The position numbers and the translations under genes are program-made. The notes below the pieces were generated by a model. The model worked only from the letters and a program-made list of their open reading frames with translations, searched no databases and was not told the DNA's origin. A stretch of 34,048 nt of DNA from an uncultured Lentisphaerota bacterium (GTDB lineage Bacteria; Verrucomicrobiota; Lentisphaeria; Oligosphaerales; CAJXKU01). Positions 19,196 through 27,224 of the stretch are shown piece after piece; position 1 is the stretch's first letter; the number at the start of each line of letters is the position of its first letter. The stretch is taken from assembly GCA_913055945.1 (NCBI GenBank), contig CAJXKU010000003.1:1-34048 (forward strand), given 5' to 3'.

Positions 19196-19692
19196 TTTGA
19201 CACGCTGACGCAGTTCTCATACGAGTCTGAGCGCCGGTGTAGCCACCGGACACCCCAGTATGAGACTCGGCAGACATGCTGAAGCATGAACTCCGACGAG
19301 TCGATCGCGCGGTTTTGGCCCGTCAGAGTTCATACTTTAGTATGGTTTGGATTCATGCAGTCGCTGCATACCGAGTCTCATACGAGGGACTGCGTCCAGC
19401 TTGACGCTTACAGCATGGATACTTACGACATGCTTAATGCAATTCCTGAACGCAGTTTGACAGGCTGAACGCAGTTCTCATACGAGCCTGACCGCTGGCC
19501 ATAGTCCAGACACCCCTTACAAGAGACCAACTGCGGCATTGACGGTAAATACTGGCTCCACGCAGTGGTCTCATACGAGCCAAACCGCCGGGCGGCGCAA
19601 CCGCCCTGACACCCCGCGGCGAGACTTTGTCTCCGGTATGTTCCGGCCTTTTTGCGGTACACCTGTCTATGCACGCCGCCCGGCGGTTTGGC
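19196..19692. repeat. Mosaic repeat cluster 2: degenerate C end - A - B - C - A - D - A - inverted half A
   Basis: CTCATACGAG at 19216, 19377, 19477 and 19570; GTATGAGACTCGG at 19258. B 19258-19383, C 19387-19477, D (GAGACCAACTGCG...CGCAGTGGTCTC) 19523-19572. GCCAAACCGCCGGGCGGCG at 19579 recurs inverted ending at about 19692. Confidence 0.9.
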
Positions 19693-20016
19693 TTTATCCC
19701 CCGTATTACACTTGACGCGGTTGCCGGCGGGTGGTACTTCACCGGATAAAACAGCATGAGCTTTCCTGTCCGTTCTTGATCGAAATCGAAATCGCTTTGC
19801 CGATATCTCTTCCTCGCACGACCTATAACCGTTTTAACCGACGTTTTTGCCTGCACGGAACTGCAGTTGATCTTGCATGGAGTCCATGTTATATTCAATA
19901 CGAGCTTTTTGCGCCCGCCTTATCCATTTTCTGTTGCGCAGTCATCGGTCGCGATGAAGTCGATACTATCGACGAAGCGAGGTTTTCCGTAAATTTCAGC
20001 TCAGGACATAACAAGA

Positions 20017-21543
20017 ATGCCTCAGAGAACATACACTCACGCACAACTCGCGCTGATTGCCCGAATTGCGCGCGAACTGGCAGATGCGCAGGAACTCCAG
20101 CGCACCCTGGGAACTGTGCTGGATTGGCTGTCCGCCGAAATCGGACTGCGCCGGGGTGTGATCACCCTGATCAACGAAGAGGGCACGGAAATCCAGGCAG
20201 ATATCACCGGAAGTGATATCCCCGAAAGTCAATCGGAGCGGATGTCCTACCAACCCGAGGAAGGCATCACCGGCAGGGTTTTCTCCTCCGGTGAACCGGT
20301 CTACCTCCCCCGCCTGGACGAGAACCAGGAATTTCTGGACCGGGCCGGGCTGCGGAAAAACCTCGATCAGTCCCGGATTGCATTTTTCTGCGTGCCGATA
20401 ACCTATCGGGAAACTGTGATCGGAACCCTTTCTGCGGACAAAGACATTGCGCAAATCACAGATCATCAGGCGGAACAATCCTTCGTTATGGAAGTTGGCC
20501 ATCTGCTGGCGCCTTTTGTACAACGCCGCCGCCTCGAAGAGCAGCTCGAGGTCTTCCAACATGCCCGTGAGCCCCAGGGCCTTTTCCGCAAACTCATCGG
20601 ACGTTCGCCACAGATTGAAGAAATACAAAGACTTGTTGTGAAAGTGGCCGATGCGAGTACAACCATCCTGATCGGAGGCGAAACCGGTACCGGCAAAGGG
20701 GTAGTGGCGGAACTTATCCACGAAATGAGCCCCCGTAAGGACCATCCCTTCCTGGAAGTGAATTGCGGAGCAATCCCGGAACACCTCGTAGAAAGCGAAC
20801 TGTTCGGTCACGAAAAAGGCGCATTCACCGGCGCCACCCACAGACGTACAGGTGTTTTAGAGCGTGCGGGAGCCGGCACCGTGTTTCTTGACGAGATCGG
20901 TGAATTGCCGCTGACCGCCCAGACCCGCCTTCTGCGCGTGCTTCAAAGCCGCGAATATGAACGGGTGGGAGGCAATGAAACCCTCCGATGCGCCGCGCGC
21001 ATTATAGCGGCGAGCAACCGGGACCTTGAACAGGCTGTCACTGACGGATCCTTCCGGTCGGATCTTTACTACAGAGTGAATGTCTTTCCCATCCATATGC
21101 CGCCGCTACGGGAGCGGGGTAAAGCAGACATTATGCTGCTGGCTGAACACTTTGCCCAGCGCTTCGCACAGGATCAGGGCAAACACATTGAACGCATGGA
21201 TACCCCTTGCATTGACATGCTTACAGCCTATCACTGGCCGGGCAACGTCCGCGAACTGGAAAACGTCATTGAGCGCGCCGTGCTTTTGACCGACGGCAGT
21301 GTCCTGCATGGTCACGACCTCCCCCCCTCTCTGCAGATGAACAGGTACACAGAGCACCAGGAATCCCACAACGATTTTAATACAAGAGTCCGCAACTATG
21401 AAATTGAACTGATTACTGAAGCCTTGAAGGAGACCAACGGTAATCAGACGAAGGCTGCGGAAAATCTGGGTATAACCAAACGCATGATTCAGTACAAAAT
21501 CAGAAACTACGGCATAAATTACCGTCGTTTCCGCCGGACCTGA
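20017..21543 (+). CDS. Sigma54-dependent enhancer-binding protein, NifA-like (GAF-AAA+-Fis HTH)
   Basis: GAF (EEGITGRVF...AFFCVPI...IGTLS), Walker [40 protein letters not shown] and [15 protein letters not shown]. Confidence 0.93.
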   Translation: MPQRTYTHAQLALIARIARELADAQELQRTLGTVLDWLSAEIGLRRGVITLINEEGTEIQADITGSDIPESQSERMSYQPEEGITGRVFSSGEPVYLPRLDENQEFLDRAGLRKNLDQSRIAFFCVPITYRETVIGTLSADKDIAQITDHQAEQSFVMEVGHLLAPFVQRRRLEEQLEVFQHAREPQGLFRKLIGRSPQIEEIQRLVVKVADASTTILIGGETGTGKGVVAELIHEMSPRKDHPFLEVNCGAIPEHLVESELFGHEKGAFTGATHRRTGVLERAGAGTVFLDEIGELPLTAQTRLLRVLQSREYERVGGNETLRCAARIIAASNRDLEQAVTDGSFRSDLYYRVNVFPIHMPPLRERGKADIMLLAEHFAQRFAQDQGKHIERMDTPCIDMLTAYHWPGNVRELENVIERAVLLTDGSVLHGHDLPPSLQMNRYTEHQESHNDFNTRVRNYEIELITEALKETNGNQTKAAENLGITKRMIQYKIRNYGINYRRFRRT

Positions 21544-21596
21544 ACAGTGACTCCTGAACTCCGTCTGCTTTAAAATAGGGCGGGAGCTGTTCATTT
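21541..21596 (+). terminator. Possible terminator hairpin after the EBP gene
   Basis: TGAACAG..CTCC...GGAGCTGTTCA inverted repeat followed by TTT; imperfect. Confidence 0.35.
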
Positions 21597-21606
21597 GGTG
21601 AATCTT

Positions 21607-21658
21607 CGCAATTAAAAGATACAATTACGTACCGATAGAGCGCAAAAAACGATACAAT
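21607..21658 (+). promoter_or_regulatory. Candidate upstream activator sequences (direct repeats) for the glnA sigma54 promoter
   Basis: CGCAATTAAAAGATACAAT and CGCAAAAAACGATACAAT. The GATACAAT cores are 33 bp apart and lie about 110-150 bp upstream of the -24 element. Confidence 0.45.
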
Positions 21659-21763
21659 CCTGAATCACGCGCCGGGCACCACGAGGCAAAACAAAGGTAC
21701 ACGAAACATCTACTGGAATCCTATCTCTCGTAAATTCCAGCACTTACATTTCGCCTACACAAC

Positions 21764-21780
21764 TTGGCATACAATGTGCT
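21764..21780 (+). promoter_or_regulatory. Sigma54 (-24/-12) promoter of glnA
   Basis: TTGGCATACAATGTGCT has exact GG-N10-GC spacing, lies about 90 bp upstream of glnA and sits next to an EBP gene. A weak IHF-like site is at 21734-21746. Confidence 0.8.
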
Positions 21781-21871
21781 TACCTACCCGGCGAGTTCTA
21801 AAAAAACTCCCTTACACACAGCAACTCTCGTAACGCAAAACCTAAAGAAAAAAACAAGGAGCAATCTCACC

Positions 21872-23284
21872 ATGACACCACAGGAATTCTTCGAGTACGC
21901 ACGCAAAAACGGCGCTGAGATGATGGACCTCAAGTTCGTCGACATGCTGGGAAGCTGGATGCATTGCAGCTACCCCATCGAAACCCTTGATGAAGATATT
22001 TTCACTGAAGGGCTGGGCTTTGACGGCTCCTCCATCCGCGGCTGGCAGGAGATTCATCAATCCGACATGACAGCCGTATGCGACCCTGACACCGCGACCA
22101 TGGACCCCTTCTTTGAGAAACCGACGGTCAGTGTTATTGCCACCATAGCTGATCCGGAAACAGGGAAGGATTACGCTAAATGCCCCCGGCACGTCGTTAA
22201 GCGCGCGGCTGAGTATATCAAGAGCGAAGGAATCGCGGACACATGTTTCGTCGGTCCGGAGCCGGAATTCTTCATCTTTGACGAAGTGCAGTACGAACAG
22301 AATCAGCATACCGGCTTCTACCGAATCGATTCCGTCGAAGGCGCATGGAACACCGCACGTTTCGAAGAACCGAACCTCGGCTATAAACCGAGCTTTAAAG
22401 GCGGCTACTTTCCGGTCAGCCCCACGGATACATATCACGACCTCCGCGGGGAGATGTCCTACGAGATGATGAAGCAGGGCATCAAGGTTGAAGCCCATCA
22501 CCACGAGGTTGCCACCGCCGGACAGGCCGAAATCGACCTCCAGTACAACGACCTTGTAACGATAGCTGACCAGTTTATGTGGTATAAGTACATTGTCAAA
22601 AACGTCGCTCGCCGCAACGGAAAGACGGTCACCTTCATGCCGAAGCCGGTCTTCGAAGACAATGGCAGCGGCATGCACACGCACCTCAGCCTGTGGAAGG
22701 ACGGCGAGAACCTTTTCGCCGGCGACGGCTACTCCGGAATGTCAAAAATGGCACTTAATGCGGTCGGCGGTCTTCTTAAACACGCTCCGGCGGTGCTGGC
22801 GTTCGGCGCCCCGACGACCAACAGTTACAGACGCCTGGTCCCCGGATTTGAGGCGCCGGTGAATCTTGCCCTTTCGGCGCGAAATCGTTCCGCCGCCATC
22901 CGAATCCCGATGTATTCCCAGAGCGAAAAAGCCAAGCGGCTGGAGTTCCGCTGTCCCGATGCAACGGCCAACGGCTACTTGGCTTGGTCGGCAATGCTCA
23001 TGGCCATGATCGACGGCATTATCAACGAAACCGATCCGGGCGAACCGCTGGATCGGAACATCTTCGAACTCTCATCGGAAGAGCTGGCCAACATTCCTAA
23101 GGTTCCGGGAAGTCTGGATGAGGCAATCAACGCCCTCGAAGAAGATCATGACTTTCTGTTACGCGGCGACGTATTTACAGAAGACCTGGTCCGTTCCTAT
23201 ATCGACTGGAAACGGGAGCAGGAGCTTCTCGAGATGGCGCTGCGGCCGCAACCTTACGAGTTCCATCTGTACTACGACTCGTAA
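21872..23284 (+). CDS. glnA: Glutamine synthetase type I (GSI-beta-like)
   Basis: [57 protein letters not shown] and [15 protein letters not shown] precedes ATG 21872; the longer ORF-track start overlaps the promoter. Confidence 0.97.
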   Translation: MTPQEFFEYARKNGAEMMDLKFVDMLGSWMHCSYPIETLDEDIFTEGLGFDGSSIRGWQEIHQSDMTAVCDPDTATMDPFFEKPTVSVIATIADPETGKDYAKCPRHVVKRAAEYIKSEGIADTCFVGPEPEFFIFDEVQYEQNQHTGFYRIDSVEGAWNTARFEEPNLGYKPSFKGGYFPVSPTDTYHDLRGEMSYEMMKQGIKVEAHHHEVATAGQAEIDLQYNDLVTIADQFMWYKYIVKNVARRNGKTVTFMPKPVFEDNGSGMHTHLSLWKDGENLFAGDGYSGMSKMALNAVGGLLKHAPAVLAFGAPTTNSYRRLVPGFEAPVNLALSARNRSAAIRIPMYSQSEKAKRLEFRCPDATANGYLAWSAMLMAMIDGIINETDPGEPLDRNIFELSSEELANIPKVPGSLDEAINALEEDHDFLLRGDVFTEDLVRSYIDWKREQELLEMALRPQPYEFHLYYDS

Positions 23285-23304
23285 GTGAATCTGTCGGCAG
23301 ACAT

Positions 23305-23386
23305 AACCAGAGAAGAGCAGGACATGAGATCTGTCCGGGACGTGCACCCTTCTCTACTGAATGTCCCCTCTTCTCTGGTTTTTTTT
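23305..23386 (+). terminator. Putative intrinsic terminator of glnA (long stem, large loop)
   Basis: AACCAGAGAAGAG..GGACAT pairs with ATGTCC.CTCTTCTCTGGTT and runs into a T tract. Confidence 0.6.
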
Positions 23387-23615
23387 GTCCCCAACACTGT
23401 CCTTTGCCGAACTTCTCAGCCCCCACATCCCCTCCCGCAAGATGTTTTTCTTCAGAATTGCAGTGCCATGGTTCAAAAGGCGCAGGATTTGCACCAGGAT
23501 ATACACGACGAATATTCGAAATACGATATCCGATTTTGAGAAGATACGTAATTACGTTATAGTCTAATTACCACAGATACGTTGACAGGACTTTCCGGTA
23601 TGGAAGAATAAGGCT

Positions 23616-25511
23616 ATGATTGCAGAACAGTGTGCAAGCATCATCCGCAACCGTCTCCGCACTCCTGACCAATCACTTCAGCTATATCCCACTCGGGAGC
23701 AGAGAGGTGCATGGGAGAGCATCCCCCATGGTGTTCGCCAAGCGCATATCAGGCGTGCTGAAAAAAGACAAGGGGGCGATTGGCCACCGTTGCCGGCTAC
23801 ACTCTTTCTGGAGTTTGTACGACAGGGAAACCGCAAGAACTACGAACAGGCGCGTTTTGCCAGACGAGAAGCGCTTTGTGATCTGGTGCTCGGCGAATGT
23901 ATAGAGGCGGACGGTCGGTTCACAGATGACATCATCAACGGTGTATGGGCCGTTTGCGAGGAAACCTACTGGGGTGTTCCTGCCCACCTGGGGATGCAAA
24001 TGGCAGGGCAAGGCCTTCCCGATGCGGCTGAGCCGACCGTTGATTTGTTCGCAGCCGAGACCGGCGCTCTGCTGGCATGGACCCACTATTTGCTGGAGCA
24101 ACCCCTTGCTGACGTTTCCCCGGTTATTCCGCGCAGAATAGAGGATGAGGTCAATCACCGTATACTTACACCGCTCTTACAGCGGGACGACTTTCGATGG
24201 ATGGGGTTTCATGGCGCCCGTGTCAACAACTGGAATCCATGGATCTGCTCAAACTGGCTGACGTGTGTGTTACTACTTGAAAGGGACGAAACGAAGAGAT
24301 TAAATGCTGTACTAAAAATCCTGAGGGTCCTTGACAATTTCCTCGAATCCTATCCCACAGACGGTGGCTGTGATGAAGGGCCGCTGTACTGGGGAAAAGC
24401 CGGGGGCGCACTTTTTGACTGCCTGGAACTTTTGTACAAGAGCACAGACGGACACTTTAATCTATACGAGCACCCGCTTATTCAGGAGATCGGGCGATAT
24501 CTGTATCGGGTCCATATCGCAGATCACTATTTTGTGAACTTCGCAGATGCGCCTGCAACGTTAACGCCACCGCCAGCGGTGATGTTGGGCTACGGAAAGC
24601 GTATCGGTGACAAGCCGCTGATCCAGCTTGGCGCATGGTTTGCCCACCGGCAACGATGGACTGAAAAGGGTGTCGCCGGCAATATCGGACGCCAGCTCTA
24701 CGCGCTGTTTCATCTAAGTGAACTGAGTCAAACAAAACCACGGCAGCCGCTTGTGCGGGATACTTGGTTCCCGGAGATTCAGGTGATGGCGGCAAGAGAT
24801 CGGAGCGGCAGCAAAAAGGGCCTTTATGTCGCTGCCAAAGGAGGTCATAATGCGGAAAGCCACAACCACAATGACGTGGGTAACTTCGTGTTTTTCGTCG
24901 ACAGTAAACCGGTCATCGTTGACGCCGGCGTGGGAACGTATTCGAGGGAGACATTCAGCAACCAACGCTACGATATCTGGACCATGCAGTCAGCGTATCA
25001 TAACGTTCCTGCCGTAAACGGGATGCAGCAACAGGCAGGCGATGCTTTTGCCGCTTCGCATGTGACATATGACGCTGACGCCCACTGTGCGGCGCTTTCT
25101 ATGGATATGAGTGGCGCCTACCCGGAGAAATCGGGACTTAAAAGGTGGAACCGAACAGTAAGCATATATCGGGAAAAAGCACTCGAAATCCGCGATGATT
25201 ATGAGCTGGATCACCCCTCCGAAGATGTCTGTGTCGTATTACTTACGCCGTGTCATGTTACAGCACCTTCCTCAGGCGAAGTCCAACTGCATGAGCGACG
25301 CCTGCCCGAAAACCGCAGAAGCGGCACTGCTTTTCTATGGTACGACGCAGAGCGCTTGAGCTGTAATCTAGAACCCCTTCAGATTGAGGATGAAGCCTTG
25401 ACACGCGTATGGGGTAGCGAGATGAAGCGGATGGTATTTGCGGTCAGAAACGCTGAGAAGGCACAATTACTGAAATTTCAGCTTCGATCCGCGTTGGCGA
25501 ATCAGGGATAA
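23616..25511 (+). CDS. Heparinase II/III-like polysaccharide lyase family protein
   Basis: NNWNPWICSN, DGGCDEGPLYW, VNFADA, KGGHNAESHNHNDVGNF, VDAGVGTY and QSAYHNVP motifs; no signal peptide. Confidence 0.82.
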   Translation: MIAEQCASIIRNRLRTPDQSLQLYPTREQRGAWESIPHGVRQAHIRRAEKRQGGDWPPLPATLFLEFVRQGNRKNYEQARFARREALCDLVLGECIEADGRFTDDIINGVWAVCEETYWGVPAHLGMQMAGQGLPDAAEPTVDLFAAETGALLAWTHYLLEQPLADVSPVIPRRIEDEVNHRILTPLLQRDDFRWMGFHGARVNNWNPWICSNWLTCVLLLERDETKRLNAVLKILRVLDNFLESYPTDGGCDEGPLYWGKAGGALFDCLELLYKSTDGHFNLYEHPLIQEIGRYLYRVHIADHYFVNFADAPATLTPPPAVMLGYGKRIGDKPLIQLGAWFAHRQRWTEKGVAGNIGRQLYALFHLSELSQTKPRQPLVRDTWFPEIQVMAARDRSGSKKGLYVAAKGGHNAESHNHNDVGNFVFFVDSKPVIVDAGVGTYSRETFSNQRYDIWTMQSAYHNVPAVNGMQQQAGDAFAASHVTYDADAHCAALSMDMSGAYPEKSGLKRWNRTVSIYREKALEIRDDYELDHPSEDVCVVLLTPCHVTAPSSGEVQLHERRLPENRRSGTAFLWYDAERLSCNLEPLQIEDEALTRVWGSEMKRMVFAVRNAEKAQLLKFQLRSALANQG

Positions 25512-25560
25512 CAGCCCCACAGGGACGGGACGATGTTCTGCCTCTTGGAAGCACAGTGCC

Positions 25561-25730
25561 CGTATGAGACTCGGCACCGCGACTGCATGAATCCAAAGCA
25601 TACTGAAGTATGAACTCTGACCAGCCGAACCCGCGCTATCGCCTCGTAGGAGTTCATGCTTCAGCATGTCTTCCGAGTCTCATACCCTGGTGCCTGGGCG
25701 GCTCCGCCGCCCGGCGGGTTGGCTCGTATA
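25561..25730. repeat. Mosaic repeat cluster 3: module B plus module A (inverted relative to cluster 2)
   Basis: GTATGAGACTCGG (25562)...CCGAGTCTCATAC (25673-25685) is the inverted homologue of 19258-19383. 25676-25730 is the reverse complement of an A unit like 19568-19626. Confidence 0.9.
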
Positions 25731-25940
25731 GCAGAACTCACGCTCGTACCGCGATTTTGATGACAACCTGAACGCCTTACGTAAGACCTCTGCGCGCAGG
25801 GGGGAGTCCTCCGCCGTGTTTTTACCCCCCTGTTACCGGACAGGGTTGTTCGGCTCCAGACGCCGGTTCCGCTGAGGCCGGCATTCCGTTTTCATCAAAA
25901 CCATGCGCTGTGCCTGGTTATGACATTGACCCTAAATTTC
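25731..25940. repeat. Element E copy 2
   Basis: GCAGAACTCACGCTCGTACCGCGATTTTGATGACAACCTGAACGCC matches 6951ff. Pairs with GGCATTCCGTTTTCATCAAAA and has the same TTATG...CCTAAATTTC tail. Confidence 0.8.
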
Positions 25941-25943
25941 GCA

Positions 25944-26039
25944 GTTGATTTTGTGGTTGCATATGCAAGGCAGCGAGATGACGCGGTAGTTCCTACCGCG
26001 AATCGAAGCTAACGAAGCAGATGCAATCACAAAATTAAC
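25944..26039 (+). repeat. Element F: 96-bp nested hairpin (structured RNA or MITE-like)
   Basis: 23-bp arms GTTGATTTTGTGGTTGCATATGC / GCAGATGCAATCACAAAATTAAC enclose a CGCGGTAG-TTC-CTACCGCG hairpin. Confidence 0.65.
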
Positions 26040-26047
26040 CCTTTAGG

Positions 26048-26148
26048 GTAGAAAAACCAAACAACTAACGTTTCACCCAATGGGTGAAACGTTCTAATTA
26101 GCTAACACCTTATAAACCAATAACTTAGAGACTCTTTGGTTTTTCTGC
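26048..26148. repeat. Element G: about 100-bp MITE-like unit with 14-bp TIRs, internal 27-bp palindrome and IHF-like site
   Basis: GTAGAAAAACCAAA / TTTGGTTTTTCTGC ends, AACGTTTCACCCA-A-TGGGTGAAACGTT (26067-26093) and AACCAATAACTTA (26115-26127). Confidence 0.65.
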
Positions 26149-26211
26149 TGCGTATTTTAGGTTGATTGATACACCATCCCCTTAAGACCGACAGTTCTGT
26201 TTCATCCGGTC

Positions 26212-26239
26212 TTGACGAATGGCGAGGACATGTTATTGT
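26212..26239 (+). promoter_or_regulatory. Putative sigma70 promoter of the hydrogenase operon
   Basis: TTGACG-16 bp-TATTGT with an extended -10 TG, immediately upstream of the Rex-like boxes. Confidence 0.55.
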
Positions 26240-26242
26240 AAA

Positions 26243-26277
26243 TTGTGAATTTCGTCACAGAGTGAACACTGTCACAA
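26243..26277 (+). promoter_or_regulatory. Two tandem Rex-like operators
   Basis: TTGTGAA-TTTC-GTCACAG (26243-26260) and GAGTGAA-CACT-GTCACAA (26260-26277) versus the Rex consensus TTGTGAANNNNTTCACAA. Confidence 0.7.
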
Positions 26278-26504
26278 TGCCGCGCGGGTAGATGTTCAAC
26301 AGAGCAAAGCGATGTTGTCGTGGCCGCGGCACGGGAACAAACAAAACAGGGGCTCTAAGAAGGCGCCACGAACTGAATGTTTCAGTTGGACTTCGCCCTT
26401 CAGCGAATGAATCGGCGCTCACCATCCGCCTCCGGCATACGCTTTTCGCCGGTTCGCGGTTCTGAATTACCCCCCTTCGCCACTAACGGATAAGGAGGTT
26501 CCAG

Positions 26505-27017
26505 ATGGGAGAGGTTATAGATTTTGAACAACTCGACGAACACCAGCAGATGGAAAAAGTGGACGAAATTATCGAAGCCGAGAAAAACACGGATGGTGCG
26601 CTCATGCCGATCCTGCAACGCATGCAGCACACGTTCGGTTTCCTGCCGGAACCTGCTTTGAAAAGAGTTGCCAAGCAGCTCAACAAGTCCTATAGCGAGA
26701 TCGTGGGTGTCGTGGGCTTTTACTCTCTCTTTTCCACTACCCCGCGCGGCAAACACACGATCCAGGTCTGCCTGGGAACGGCCTGTTATGTACGTGGCGG
26801 AAAATCCATCCTGGAGGCGATCTCAGAATACCTCGGTATCGGGGTGGGCGAAACCACCGAAGACCGAATGTTCACCCTGGAAGTGGCACGCTGTTTCGGC
26901 GCCTGCGGGCTCGCACCGGCGATCACGGTCGATGACAACGTCCATCACCGCGTAAAGTCGACGAATATACCCGAAATCCTTGAACGTTACCGTGAGGAGG
27001 AAGAGGAGGATACATGA
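26505..27017 (+). CDS. hydC: [FeFe]-hydrogenase NuoE-like [2Fe-2S] subunit (HydC/HndA)
   Basis: FYSLFS...GKHTIQVCLGTACYVRG...RCFGACGLAP; strong TAAGGAGGT RBS. Confidence 0.9.
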   Translation: MGEVIDFEQLDEHQQMEKVDEIIEAEKNTDGALMPILQRMQHTFGFLPEPALKRVAKQLNKSYSEIVGVVGFYSLFSTTPRGKHTIQVCLGTACYVRGGKSILEAISEYLGIGVGETTEDRMFTLEVARCFGACGLAPAITVDDNVHHRVKSTNIPEILERYREEEEEDT

Positions 27018-27224
27018 CACTTTTCAGTTTACAGGTCTTCCCTCACGGGTGGCTTCATACCCCCCGCACTTGCGGCGTCTTTTTGTATAGGGACAATTCA
27101 GGCAGTCAAGTGTTAGAAGAAATCCAGCTCAGCGTTGCAGAATCTCACACGTGCACTGTGTCAATGAGTGAGTGTGCAGATTGAACATCAATCCGAAACA
27201 AACAACCAACGAAGGTCGTCAGTT

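Noticed and set aside
17041-19468. Small ORFs sharing the peptide DCVQxDxYSMDxYDMLNAIPERSLTG (17041-17253, 19286-19468; related 33640-33876)
   Set aside because: The shared peptide is just the translation of module C. The N-termini are unrelated and there is no convincing RBS.
19196-19692. Possible CRISPR array (short repeats with spacers)
   Set aside because: The repeats are only 10-15 bp, occur in both orientations and are irregularly spaced. The 'spacers' are themselves repeated elements, and no cas genes are present.
20017-21543. Calling the EBP nifA / nitrogen fixation
   Set aside because: The domain architecture is NifA-like, but no nif genes or NifA-type UAS are visible; context points to glnA.
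21764-21871. 36-aa N-terminal extension of GlnA given by the ORF track
   Set aside because: The TTG start lies within the sigma54 promoter. ATG 21872 has an RBS and gives the normal 470-aa length.
4031-22684. Long antisense ORFs (4031-4894, 12221-12862, 19996-20841, 21842-22684 and similar)
   Set aside because: They lie opposite well-supported genes, have no recognisable motifs, and are typical shadow ORFs of GC-rich coding DNA.
27018-27224. Riboswitch or small gene between hydC and hydB
   Set aside because: Only a weak hairpin (CCGCACTTGCGG) near a T tract is present; there is no recognisable riboswitch consensus or credible ORF.
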